From Aulosira sp. ZfuVER01 (GTDB lineage Bacteria > Cyanobacteriota > Cyanobacteriia > Cyanobacteriales > Nostocaceae): a stretch of DNA of 64,000 nt. Under the pieces are notes generated by a model, which was not told the DNA's origin, did no database searches, and worked only from the letters and a program-made list of their open reading frames with translations. Below are positions 9,319 through 19,408 of this stretch, piece by piece; position 1 is the first letter of the stretch; every line of letters starts with the position of its first letter. The DNA is taken from assembly GCA_034530615.2 (NCBI GenBank), contig JAVRCV020000032.1, positions 144,488 to 208,487 on the forward strand, written 5' to 3'. Both the position numbers and the translations under genes were made by a program.

Positions 9319-11091
9319 TCAAAACGGTGAATACTGCACGGAGAAGTACAAACCATTTTCCTGAAGCGATCGCTTTTCACCCTCTACTGATGTCAGCGGA
9401 ATACCCCAATCCAAACGGGCTGAGAAGTTATTACCCTGTTTCCATAGCAGCCCTAATCCAGTACCTACTAACATACTTGGTGAAGGATTGTCGCCTTTGG
9501 TATTCCAACCTTTACCAATATCGATAAAGGGTGTCAGTTGTAGCACTCCTCCCAGCTTGGGCGCGCGTAAAATCGGCAAGCGAAACTCTGCCGAAAACAA
9601 CATGCCATTGTCTGTGAGTAATGTGTCTTGGCGATAGCCCCGCACACTTACCTGTCCGCCCAGGCCAAATTGTTCTAAGGGCACTAAGGAATCTGCTGCT
9701 AGTTGTAAATCACCTCTAGCTAAAAACAAAGTATCTGGTGCCAACTGTCGCACCCACTGCGCCTGTCCCCGCCAAGCGAAAAAGCGGCTATCTGGTTCAT
9801 CTTCGCTCACATTGGCATCAAACCAATCTACACCCAAGCTAAATTGCGATCGCACTGCAAACACGTGCTGATTGCTGCGCTGGGTATACTCCTGAAAAAA
9901 GCGGAGAGCCGAAATATTGGTTCTTCCTTGGGCATCTGCACCAGGTGAAAGTCGAAACGGGCCAATGTTATCAATGCCCAACTCTGTTTGGCTTTCTTGG
10001 CGCGAGAACGATAATCCCACAGCTAAATCCTGAGTAGGTTTTTGCAGTAATGGTTGGCGATAGCCAAATTCGTAAGATGTCGTATTTGATTGAATATCTA
10101 AGACGCTGAATGGTTCTTCAATCACGTTGTTCCAACCCTGATTAAAACCAAACCAGAGAGTGCCGTTGTCAGGATTAATCGGTAGTGCGTAATTGAGATT
10201 GATTGTATTACTGCCATCGGTATTGGCGTATCCCACATTCAGGGTATCGCCTAAACCAAGTAAATTAGCTTGTTGTAGATCTATTCCCCGACGGAAACTA
10301 CCAACACTGGGCGATCGCCCATTATCGAGGGTAGCTGTGAGGGAAAATGTGTCGGCTTCTTGAATCTCGACTTGCAATATATTGGTTCCCGGACTTACAC
10401 CCATCTGCAATTCAGCTGATAGATTTTGAATTCGCGGATCGAGGCGTAGCAGTTGGAGTTTTTCCATTAAGCGCGGTATATTTAAAGGCTTTCCCGCCCC
10501 AAGTTGAATGCGATCGCGAATGTATTGACTACGCAATCGTCTATTACCTCTGATTTTGATTTCTTGCAGACTACCTTCGATAACCTGAATTTTAATCGTC
10601 CCAGCTTCTACTGTCTGCGGTGTAATTAATGCCCCTGTAGTGACATAGCCTTTATCAGTGTAAAGCTTCGTAATCGCATCTTTGATTTGCAGTAATTCTG
10701 CAAATGTCAATTCTCTGCCAACGAAGGGATTGGTAATTGCAGCCAACTGTTCTGGTTTGAAGACTGTACTGCCAACAACTTCAATGCGATCGACCCGAAA
10801 TTTGATATTAGAATCATCCTGTGCGGGAATTGACGGCTCTGGTAGTGTGGGCGGTGGAAGTAATTGATTGTTTTCTGGCGGCTTTGGCAACACATCCGCA
10901 GGTAAGGGGGTTACAGGAACCTCTTCTATCCTTCCAGGCGGCAAGTTCTGAGGATTTGGAGTTTGGGCGTAGGCGTAGCCCGACGTAGTCATCGCGTCCT
11001 GATAGTTACTCAGTACCGTGGCTAAAACAAAGCTAAATGTCAGAGATTTGAGAGGTCTATTCAATGTTGACGTATATCTGACGGTAGTCAT
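9319..11091 (-). CDS. ShlB/FhaC/HecB family two-partner secretion outer-membrane transporter (TpsB)
   Basis: POTRA-like region (YTDKGYVTTGA), SVRGY loop motif, C-terminal Phe; upstream of two TpsA genes. Confidence 0.93.
   Translation of the reverse strand: MTTVRYTSTLNRPLKSLTFSFVLATVLSNYQDAMTTSGYAYAQTPNPQNLPPGRIEEVPVTPLPADVLPKPPENNQLLPPPTLPEPSIPAQDDSNIKFRVDRIEVVGSTVFKPEQLAAITNPFVGRELTFAELLQIKDAITKLYTDKGYVTTGALITPQTVEAGTIKIQVIEGSLQEIKIRGNRRLRSQYIRDRIQLGAGKPLNIPRLMEKLQLLRLDPRIQNLSAELQMGVSPGTNILQVEIQEADTFSLTATLDNGRSPSVGSFRRGIDLQQANLLGLGDTLNVGYANTDGSNTINLNYALPINPDNGTLWFGFNQGWNNVIEEPFSVLDIQSNTTSYEFGYRQPLLQKPTQDLAVGLSFSRQESQTELGIDNIGPFRLSPGADAQGRTNISALRFFQEYTQRSNQHVFAVRSQFSLGVDWFDANVSEDEPDSRFFAWRGQAQWVRQLAPDTLFLARGDLQLAADSLVPLEQFGLGGQVSVRGYRQDTLLTDNGMLFSAEFRLPILRAPKLGGVLQLTPFIDIGKGWNTKGDNPSPSMLVGTGLGLLWKQGNNFSARLDWGIPLTSVEGEKRSLQENGLYFSVQYSPF
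10967..10995. mobile_element. 21-bp small dispersed repeat inserted in a HIP1 site (SDR5-like), in frame within tpsB
   Basis: GCG-[TAGGCGTAGCCCGACGTAGTC]-ATCGC; removing the 21 nt restores GCGATCGC. Confidence 0.8.
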
Positions 11092-11790
11092 TTTTTATCC
11101 TTTTTGTCGCTCCCAGACAAAGAAAATATGTGAGTCAAGTCAGTTGATATAAAGCTTTTGGTCAGTCAATCGCACCCACCCTCCGATCGCAGATAACTGT
11201 GTCCGTCAGATGTTTAATCAAAAATAACCAGTAAATTTCCCCTGTGCTGCTTGCGGTAATTGAGCTAAAGATAGAGAAACTACCATGAAGCAACAACTAA
11301 ATGGATACAAATTAATGATATTTTTTAGACTTCTATTATAAGTACTAATTCTGAGGATAATCTGAAGATTTATTTTTTAAAGGCTCAAATAGCCTGGTTT
11401 ATAAGGCTATGAGTTGAGAGAGCCGCATGACTGTTGATTTACTAAGTGCCTATATTTACACTAGTATATAAGTAAATAGAAAACTGACTAAAATTATAGA
11501 TTTGAGCAATACTTATGAAGATGGGCGATCGCCTTTGACAACAAACAAGCAATTGATGCCGTTAAGTTATGAATATGGCAACAATGGTTAAATATTCTCA
11601 ACTAAATTAATAACTGCTAACTGCAACTACAGTTCATACCCTCCGACCTGATGTAACATAGTCAAGCACTAGATCGTGCAGATAAATTTGCCGATCAAAT
11701 TCCGATCTTGCAACAAACGTTACTAAATGGCTGCTGAAGGCTAATAGTAGAATAGGGTACAGAAAGCAGCACGGAAGGGAGGAAGGGAAA

Positions 11791-12633
11791 TTGGATGAAC
11801 TGAGGGCGGCTCTAGAGCTAGCAACTGAAGAAGAATTGCAAGATTTAACGGCAATTCTGTTTAGTCGTAAGTTCAATCCTTTAGACTACGTTCACACACC
11901 TGAACCAATCGTAGTTCAAAGTCAAGACCGCAAGGCTTGGTTAGATACACTAGAGGATCGTTTTCGCTTTTTGGCAGCAGATGGGATGACGGTATTGCGA
12001 GGACGCACCAGCCAGGTAACTTACCGACAAGCGTTAATTCAAGTATGTAAGTATTTAAAAATACCCTATTCTAGCCAACTGGCAACAGTTGATTTAGAAG
12101 CAGAAGTATTTTTGCATTTATTAGGGCACGTATGGAAAAAATTGCCTGAACAAGAAAAGCAAAAATTAACTTTACAGGTGCAGCGTCACCTAATCAAATC
12201 AGAAGCTAAAGAACCATTACCACTTTTATTGCAACGTGACCCCTTAGGATTAATTTTTAAAGGTGGTAGTGCCATAGCCGTAACTTCTGTGATCCAACCG
12301 CTTGTGCTGAAACAAATTGCCCGCCAATTTGCTGCACATTTTGCGACCTATCAAGTAGCCAAACAAACTGCTATTCAAGGGACAGCAGCCACGACTACGC
12401 AGTTTCAAAGCTATGTAGCCCTGCAAATGGCACGGCGGGGTATGACGGTAAATGCAGCTCGTTATGGGGCGGTGCGTAGTGTTTTTGCTTTTGTTGGGCC
12501 AGTAATGTGGGCTTGGTTTTTTGCAGATTTGGGTTGGAGAGCGATCGCCACTAACTATGGTCGCATTATTCCGACTATCTTTGCGTTAGCGCAAATTCGT
12601 CTTACCCGTAGTGAATGTTGGGAGCCAGCTTGA
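11791..12633 (+). CDS. YaaW family protein
   Basis: MDELRAALELATEEELQDL N-terminus and C-terminal TNYGRIIPTIFALAQIR, typical of cyanobacterial YaaW-like proteins. Confidence 0.8.
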   Translation: MDELRAALELATEEELQDLTAILFSRKFNPLDYVHTPEPIVVQSQDRKAWLDTLEDRFRFLAADGMTVLRGRTSQVTYRQALIQVCKYLKIPYSSQLATVDLEAEVFLHLLGHVWKKLPEQEKQKLTLQVQRHLIKSEAKEPLPLLLQRDPLGLIFKGGSAIAVTSVIQPLVLKQIARQFAAHFATYQVAKQTAIQGTAATTTQFQSYVALQMARRGMTVNAARYGAVRSVFAFVGPVMWAWFFADLGWRAIATNYGRIIPTIFALAQIRLTRSECWEPA

Positions 12634-13934
12634 AACAAGCTTTTTATCATCCCAATCCCGCTTTGCAATTGCCTTGGAATTTGACTCAAGTGGGACTTGT
12701 TCTCTTCCCATTGAGTCCCTTTTTGGGGGCTGTATTAATAGTTTTGGCATCCTTAATTACTGTGGTGCGCCAATGGGGCAAAATTATCAGCCGCCCTCTC
12801 AATTGGGGATTTGCTGTTCTGAGTATATTGCTGATTGTGACTGCTGGATTTGCATATCAAAAAACCCCAGCTTTCGTCGGTTTATTTAATTTTATACCCT
12901 ACTTTATCGTTTTTGCCGGACTGAGTGCCCTAATTCAGAAAATCCCCCAATTGCGGCAAATAGCTTGGATTTTAGTAATTGCTTCTGTGCCAATCACTAT
13001 TCTGGGCTTGGGACAGTTATTTTTAGGCTGGAGCCTGAATTTAACGTTTTTATGGGTTGTATTAGAGTGGGCGATCGCACCTGGAGGAGAACCACCAGGT
13101 CGGATGTCTTCAATATTAATGCACGCTAATACCTTAGCTGCTTATTTAGTCATAATTTTTACTTTAGGTTTAGGGTTAGGGTTGGAACAATGGCAGTTAA
13201 TTAAGAAAACAATTCAAAATTCACAAGTTCCCCTTATCTTTCTGATTTTCACGGGAATTCTCAATTTCATTGCCTTAATTTTTACCAACTCACGCAATGG
13301 CTGGGCGATCGCAATTTTTATCTGTTTAGCTTATGCACTATACCAAGGTTGGCGCATCCTTGTAGGTGGCGTTGCTAGCATCGTTACGTGCGTTCTGTTA
13401 GCAGCTTTTTCTCCCTCACCTATCGCCCAGTTTTTTCGCCGCTTCGTTCCTGCTTTCTTTTGGGCGCGGTTGAACGATGATATGTATCCCGATAGGCCTG
13501 TTGCTTTAATGCGCAAAACCCAATGGGAATTTGCCTGGTCTTTAACTCAGCAACATCCTTGGACTGGTTGGGGTTTACGCAATTTTACTGGACTATACCA
13601 AGCTAAAACGCAGATTTCCTTAGGTCATCCCCACAACTTATTTTTGATGCTATCGTCTGAAACTGGTCTGCCAAGTACTCTGTTATTTTGTGGCTTAATC
13701 GGTTGGATCTTAATAGCATCTATTCAACTACTAGGAAATTCAAAATTTCTACATCAAGAAGATAGATTGATATTTTTCACTTATCTCGTAGTTTTGTTTG
13801 GCTGGTTGTTATTTAATACTGTTGATGTCACCCTCTACGATTTCCGGCTAAATACGCTTTCATGGTTAATGTTATCTGCTGTTTGTGGATTAGTTTATCG
13901 CTATGAACAAGACCAGAGATTGAAAGCTCAATAA
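12615..13934 (+). CDS. O-antigen ligase (Wzy_C) family membrane protein
   Basis: Multiple TM helices; motifs HANTLAAYL, TNSRNGW, PWTGWG and HPHNLFL. Confidence 0.85.
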   Translation: MLGASLKQAFYHPNPALQLPWNLTQVGLVLFPLSPFLGAVLIVLASLITVVRQWGKIISRPLNWGFAVLSILLIVTAGFAYQKTPAFVGLFNFIPYFIVFAGLSALIQKIPQLRQIAWILVIASVPITILGLGQLFLGWSLNLTFLWVVLEWAIAPGGEPPGRMSSILMHANTLAAYLVIIFTLGLGLGLEQWQLIKKTIQNSQVPLIFLIFTGILNFIALIFTNSRNGWAIAIFICLAYALYQGWRILVGGVASIVTCVLLAAFSPSPIAQFFRRFVPAFFWARLNDDMYPDRPVALMRKTQWEFAWSLTQQHPWTGWGLRNFTGLYQAKTQISLGHPHNLFLMLSSETGLPSTLLFCGLIGWILIASIQLLGNSKFLHQEDRLIFFTYLVVLFGWLLFNTVDVTLYDFRLNTLSWLMLSAVCGLVYRYEQDQRLKAQ

Positions 13935-14341
13935 AATTAGTCTTGCAGTCAATTTTGAGTATTAGGCTGTAAAGTATTGAATTTGCACGCTGAATCATAA
14001 GTTTAGCCCGAGTGTTTAACAGCAAACATTGCAATATACCTCTTACATAAGTCGATTTTGTGGATAGCAAACCACAGATGAACACCGATATTTATCTGTA
14101 TGCATCTGTGATGACTTTTGTCAGATTTTTGCAAGCAGTCTAATATTTAAGCAGATCGCCTGAATGACATTCATGTATAGATAACATCCTATTTTCAGTG
14201 TATACACCGGAGCCATTTATGATTGACAGTTAATAAAATTACTATATTCACGTCTGTGAGTGTGGCTAATCAAAGTTAGTCACTGTTGCTGATTGTTGGG
14301 AAGGTGTACGGATAACCCTTCTGGGGGTTTTCCTGCATGAT

Positions 14342-14368
14342 AGGCATCTCTTGTAGATGCCTTTTTTT
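14342..14368 (+). terminator. Intrinsic terminator, possibly ending an unannotated small transcript
   Basis: AGGCATCT-cttgt-AGATGCCT followed by a T run. Confidence 0.65.
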
Positions 14369-15009
14369 ATATCTTTTTTGTTATAAAAATATCTTTTTTG
14401 TTATAAAAGTATCAAGAATATTGCCTTAAGAAATCTCAGGATTTACTAATGAAAACATATCGAGATGTTTCAATTTATGAGGATGGTAGTCTATTGATTA
14501 ATTGTCAGCATTACTAATAATATAAGCTGCTGGAGTTTTGGACTTGGACAAAAATTACAAAGTTTGCATATTTCGTTATTCTTTTCTGATGCCTATAATA
14601 AACGAGGTATTGCCCATTTCCAATTAGGAGACAGAGAGCAGAGGCTGATTGGCAAAAAGCAGCCGATATGCTTCAGTAAATGAAAAATTAACCCAGAAAT
14701 AAAACAGAGATGCACACCGATAAATTCTCTGTGTTTATCGGTGTGCATCTATTGTGAAAAAGATTTCTTATACCATTTCACCAAAAATATGATGCAGACG
14801 CAAACCCTGGAACCTTTGCTGAGTCTCAATTTCTTAATTTTGAATTTTGAATTTTGAATTGGTATCACTCCTTGGAAACAAGAGGATTATAGAAACAAAT
14901 CTGAGTTGCATTCACATCAAAGCGATCGCCGTAGTAACTCCTATGGTGTAAGCACTCGGTAGAATGGTTTTGTCTGTAATCAAAAAATCATGCCTCAGTA
15001 GCCAACCTT

Positions 15010-15531
15010 ATGCTCACAACAGCTGACTTTCTTCAATACACCCAATGGTCAGGTATTGCCACGTTGGTGTTTGCCGCCTTAGCAGTCCTGAGTTTTATTT
15101 TTAAATGGGGCATCCGCTTTCGGCTGGTGGGTACAACTGGCTTTATGCTCGTACTAACGGGTGGTTTATTTGCTCTATCGTTAGTACCCTTGAGTCGCAC
15201 TGTGATTCCTGGTGCGGTGCGGTTCACTCTCGTTTATGACAATGGTTCAACACAAGCAGTAATTGCTACCTCACCGCAGATTACTCCTTCAGAATTAGAA
15301 GCTACCTTACGTCAAGCGGCTAGTAATCTGTATTCTTATGGTCGCTTAGGTTCGCGAAATGAAAACTACCTAACGATTCGTGCCCGGACTCTGATCCACC
15401 CAGAACCAGGGGTTTCAGTACCACTATACTTGGGAGAGGTAAAGCGATCGCTAGTTAGTCGTGAAGACTCGGAGATAGCTGTGGAAATTTACCCAGAGAA
15501 ATTTGCTCAGTTGCCAAAGCCCACCGTTTAA
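15010..15531 (+). CDS. ycf51: Ycf51 family protein (DUF2518)
   Basis: WGIRFRLVGTTGF, YDNG and LEATLRQAASNL motifs. Confidence 0.85.
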   Translation: MLTTADFLQYTQWSGIATLVFAALAVLSFIFKWGIRFRLVGTTGFMLVLTGGLFALSLVPLSRTVIPGAVRFTLVYDNGSTQAVIATSPQITPSELEATLRQAASNLYSYGRLGSRNENYLTIRARTLIHPEPGVSVPLYLGEVKRSLVSREDSEIAVEIYPEKFAQLPKPTV

Positions 15532-15802
15532 AATTATCGGTAAAAGTTTCAACTCAGAGGGTAGAGTGCAGTATTCTTTTTGCCTTCTACACTCTGCCTT
15601 TCTAGCGAACAATCGTCAAGCTTGGTTTAAGTTCACATTAGTTTACTAAGATTGATTTCGGTTCAATTTGCGATCGCTTCTTTAAGCTTGATACACCAGA
15701 GCTACCAGTCTATCAACCGAGTTACGCAATTTAAAAAATTAGCTGTTTTTAATTAGGATATAACGAGTTGAAAAATATACCTTAGCTCATAACTTACACT
15801 GT

Positions 15803-17008
15803 ATGCGAGTTCTTTTTCTCCATAGTAATTTTCCGGCTCAGTACCGCCACGTAGCTTTAAATCTGGCGCAAGATCCAAACAACGTGGTTGTATTTGGTAC
15901 GAAAAATCGCGAAGTCACTCTACCTGGTATCCATAAAGCTATTTTTGAACCCAGCCGCAATCCTCATCCCACAACCCATCATTACGTCCGACCATTAGAG
16001 AATGCGGTTTTGCATGGCCAAGCTGTATATAAGCTAACTGAGCAACTCAAAGCACAAGGTTTTGTCCCCGATGTAATTTGCGGTCATTCTGGCTGGGGCC
16101 CAACTTTGTTTGTCAAGGATGCATTCCCAAACACACCGCTAATCTGTTATTTTGAATGGTTTTATCATGCTCATGGCTCAGACGCAGACTTTGATCCTAC
16201 AGAACCACTAACTATTGATGATATTGCACGTATCAGAGTAAAAAACGCACCGATATTAATTGATTTATATACTTGCGATCGCGGTTTGTCACCAACTAAT
16301 TGGCAAAAATCTCAATTTCCCCCAGAATTTCAAAGTAAGATTTCTGTGCTACACGATGGAGTTGATACAGAATTTTTTCAACCCAAACCAAACGCTCAAC
16401 TTGTACTACCTAATCTTGACCTTTCTGGTGTGGATGAAATTATCACCTATGTAGCTAGGGGTATGGAGCCATATCGCGGTTTTCCTCAGTTTATTGAAGC
16501 CATTGCTTATGTACAAGAGCGAAGACCAAATTGCCATGTCGTCATTGTTGGCGCAGATAGAGTTTGCTATGGCAAACCTTTACCAGATGGTGACACCTAC
16601 AAAGACCTGATGCTGAAAAAAGTCTCTCTCGATTTATCACGGGTTCACTTTACTGGGACTTTACCCTATGGACAATATCTGCAAGTAATTCAAGCATCAT
16701 CTGTACACGTTTATTTAACCAGACCGTTTGTACTTTCTTGGTCGATGATTGAAGCCATGTCCGCAGGGTGCTTAGTCTTAGGTTCTGATACTGCACCTGT
16801 GACTGAGATTATTCAAGAAGGCGAAAACGGTTTATTGGTCGATTTCTTCTCACCACAAAAGATTGCTGACCGCATTGATGAAGTTTTAGACCATCCCACA
16901 AGGATGGAGCAAATTCGCGTAAATGCTAGGAAAACGGTGATAGAGCGTTACGCTCTAGCTGATTTACTACCTAAACATCTTCAAATGATTAAAGATATAG
17001 GCAATTAA
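15803..17008 (+). CDS. Glycosyltransferase family 4 protein
   Basis: LFLHSNFPAQY, GHSGWG, RGMEPYRGF and LSWSMIEAMSAG motifs. Confidence 0.9.
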   Translation: MRVLFLHSNFPAQYRHVALNLAQDPNNVVVFGTKNREVTLPGIHKAIFEPSRNPHPTTHHYVRPLENAVLHGQAVYKLTEQLKAQGFVPDVICGHSGWGPTLFVKDAFPNTPLICYFEWFYHAHGSDADFDPTEPLTIDDIARIRVKNAPILIDLYTCDRGLSPTNWQKSQFPPEFQSKISVLHDGVDTEFFQPKPNAQLVLPNLDLSGVDEIITYVARGMEPYRGFPQFIEAIAYVQERRPNCHVVIVGADRVCYGKPLPDGDTYKDLMLKKVSLDLSRVHFTGTLPYGQYLQVIQASSVHVYLTRPFVLSWSMIEAMSAGCLVLGSDTAPVTEIIQEGENGLLVDFFSPQKIADRIDEVLDHPTRMEQIRVNARKTVIERYALADLLPKHLQMIKDIGN

Positions 17009-17059
17009 TGAATATCAAAAATTTTCGTAGTAAGGACTTTAGTCCTCACTACCAAATTC

Positions 17060-17839
17060 TTAGATAACTAATGCACGTTTATTTAATTGCAGTTCAATGC
17101 GATCGCCTGGTAATGGTTCAATTACTTGTGTGGTAAGATTGTTTTTTGCTAGCGACGCACGAAATTCCTCAACACTACCTACAGCCTTGAGAAATTTATT
17201 AATCAATCCTTCAAATATGACATCTCCTCCTGCTGCTGTAGGCAGCATTACCTGCGGTTGTAACCACTTTGCAACTTCTAAAGCACTGTTTGTTCCCTTA
17301 ATAATTGGCCCCACTAAGGGTAGTGCTAAGTCAATCAAAGGCGTAATTACCACATCAACTGGTGCAGCTTGCTTCATCTGAGAAGAATGAGTTCCGTGAG
17401 GCTCGTAGTAAAGGGTTAAACCACTCTCCAACTCTTTTAAGAGATAACCATTTTCTACTAAATTCGGACCAATCAGGGAACCAGGAGTAGCTTTGATTTC
17501 TATTTGATGATTGAATGTGAAAGTTTCACCGTGAGTAAGGACTGTAACAGAGGTGTAACCCAACTTCTGCACTACTTTTGCTGCATTCGGAGAAGCCACA
17601 ACTGGAATTTGGCGATCAAGCTGCTCAAGTGTTGGTGGGTGAGCATGGTCTTCCAAACCCTGAGACAGCAGAATCAAATCAATATTGTCTGGTATTGGTC
17701 GTTCTTGCAGTCGCGTACCTTTAAATAGCCAATCCAAATTACTGAAGGTTAACGAACCCACTAGCCAAGGATCAAGTAGTATTCGGTTGCCACCAATTTC
17801 AATCAGCCAACTATTGCTGTCTAACCAAGTTAAATGCAT
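17060..17839 (-). CDS. MBL-fold metallo-hydrolase
   Basis: ILLDPWLVG, LLSQGLEDHAH and YYEPHG motifs. Confidence 0.85.
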   Translation of the reverse strand: MHLTWLDSNSWLIEIGGNRILLDPWLVGSLTFSNLDWLFKGTRLQERPIPDNIDLILLSQGLEDHAHPPTLEQLDRQIPVVASPNAAKVVQKLGYTSVTVLTHGETFTFNHQIEIKATPGSLIGPNLVENGYLLKELESGLTLYYEPHGTHSSQMKQAAPVDVVITPLIDLALPLVGPIIKGTNSALEVAKWLQPQVMLPTAAGGDVIFEGLINKFLKAVGSVEEFRASLAKNNLTTQVIEPLPGDRIELQLNKRALVI

Positions 17840-17905
17840 AGCACAGTGAAGATAACACCTGCCTTATATTATGAATGGCTTTTCAATTCTTCACAAAGAT
17901 GATTT

Positions 17906-18676
17906 TCAAAAAAACAACTTAAACCTTGCTAGCTGGGCTTTAATCGCTCCTGTGAGGATTTTATTCAGTTCTTTACTATCTTGGAATTGGAGAATTTGCT
18001 GCTTGGGTAAATCAAAGGGAAATTCCCCTTCTAAGTCTGGGCGTTGCATTTGCGCTAGTAAAATTTGTTCCGATCGCTTACTTTGGATCGCATAGCCCAT
18101 TTCAATACAGACATTGGGACTAGGAATCAATTGGGCAGTGTCTTTACTAGCAATGCTAGCAATAGCTGTGGTGTCTGCAATAAACAATAAACTCTTGCGG
18201 ATTTTTCGCAGAATACCCACAGAAAGCCGTAGGGGGCCATTCCCCGGACGGAATGATTCTACTAATGTTAGGGGAAGGCGCGATCGCAAGTTCAAAGTTT
18301 CCAAACTTTTTTGCACCCCTTCTCGCAGAGCCTCACTCGCTGGGGCATACTCGGTTTGATAGCATAAAAAAATTGTTGGTTCTAATTGAGCTAAAATCGC
18401 CTGCTTGGTGAAATAAATCTCATGGCTAATCAAGTCAATATTAGCTACGCAATAGCCACCACTACCTTCAATATAAAATTCAATATTTTCCCCTTCCAGA
18501 TAGCGCCCAAACCAAGTTGATTTCTTTACTTCATCACTATCTTCTAAAAAGTCTGCTCTTAATCCCGATCTCAGCAGGCTTTTTTTACTCAGACGAATGT
18601 CTGGTGGACGCTTTTCCAGTTCAGGAATCGGCTCATAATCTTGAATGTACCATGCTCTGAGCGCAATAATTGACAT
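17906..18676 (-). CDS. Conserved cyanobacterial hypothetical protein (C-terminus resembles a TIR/nucleoside-deoxyribosyltransferase-like fold)
   Basis: Long ORF; FIADTT...PNVCIEMGYA...PFD motif. Confidence 0.65.
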   Translation of the reverse strand: MSIIALRAWYIQDYEPIPELEKRPPDIRLSKKSLLRSGLRADFLEDSDEVKKSTWFGRYLEGENIEFYIEGSGGYCVANIDLISHEIYFTKQAILAQLEPTIFLCYQTEYAPASEALREGVQKSLETLNLRSRLPLTLVESFRPGNGPLRLSVGILRKIRKSLLFIADTTAIASIASKDTAQLIPSPNVCIEMGYAIQSKRSEQILLAQMQRPDLEGEFPFDLPKQQILQFQDSKELNKILTGAIKAQLARFKLFF

Positions 18677-19408
18677 AAGGCGCTATTTCAACTGTCTTTT
18701 GCTATTTAACTTCGTACAAGCTTATACCAATTTTGCTTCAGGTAGTCAAAAGTTCATAGTCCAAAGTCAAGCGATTTTAGATTTTGGATTGACCCCGACA
18801 CCAGGATACGGGGCTTGAGGATTTTGGATTTGTTTCACCCACAAGAGGTGAGGCATGAACCGAAAAAATCTAAAATCGGCAATCTAAAATTGGCACGGTC
18901 AAGAGTCCAAGAACTATTGACTATTGACTCTTGACCCCACACAGCGAAGCGAAGTGAGTGAAGTGAGTATTAAACAAAACAACACCCAAGCATTTACTCC
19001 CTGAAGACTTTCCTCTGATTGTTTATCCTAGCCAGGGATGTACTAAATTTCATCACTTAAGCAATAAAGCAATGAAAACCAGTTACAGCGCCCCCTGATG
19101 TTTACTATTTGAGGAAATATCAGTTTTCGCGTTGGGTGTTGCTGTTTTTTTGGCGAGACAGACGTAAAATCAAACAGCGTATACCTCTTATTAAATTTCC
19201 AATGCAGCTGTTATATCTGCCAGGGAAGCTTATTAGCTTCAACTATTAGATTAGCACCCGAGAATTTTTAGAGATTTTTTTGCTAATAAACTTTACTTTT
19301 TATATTAATAAATAGTGACAAAATATGAAGTGATTGTTTGCAAACCCATCAAGTAATCTATTTCAAATGTTTAGCTTGCTGAGTCATTGCTCATTTATTA
19401 CTTAAGTT

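Noticed and set aside
282..10895. Numerous short antisense or alternative-frame ORFs within the TPS/CHAT cluster
   Set aside because: Shadow ORFs of long, well-supported genes with no recognisable motifs
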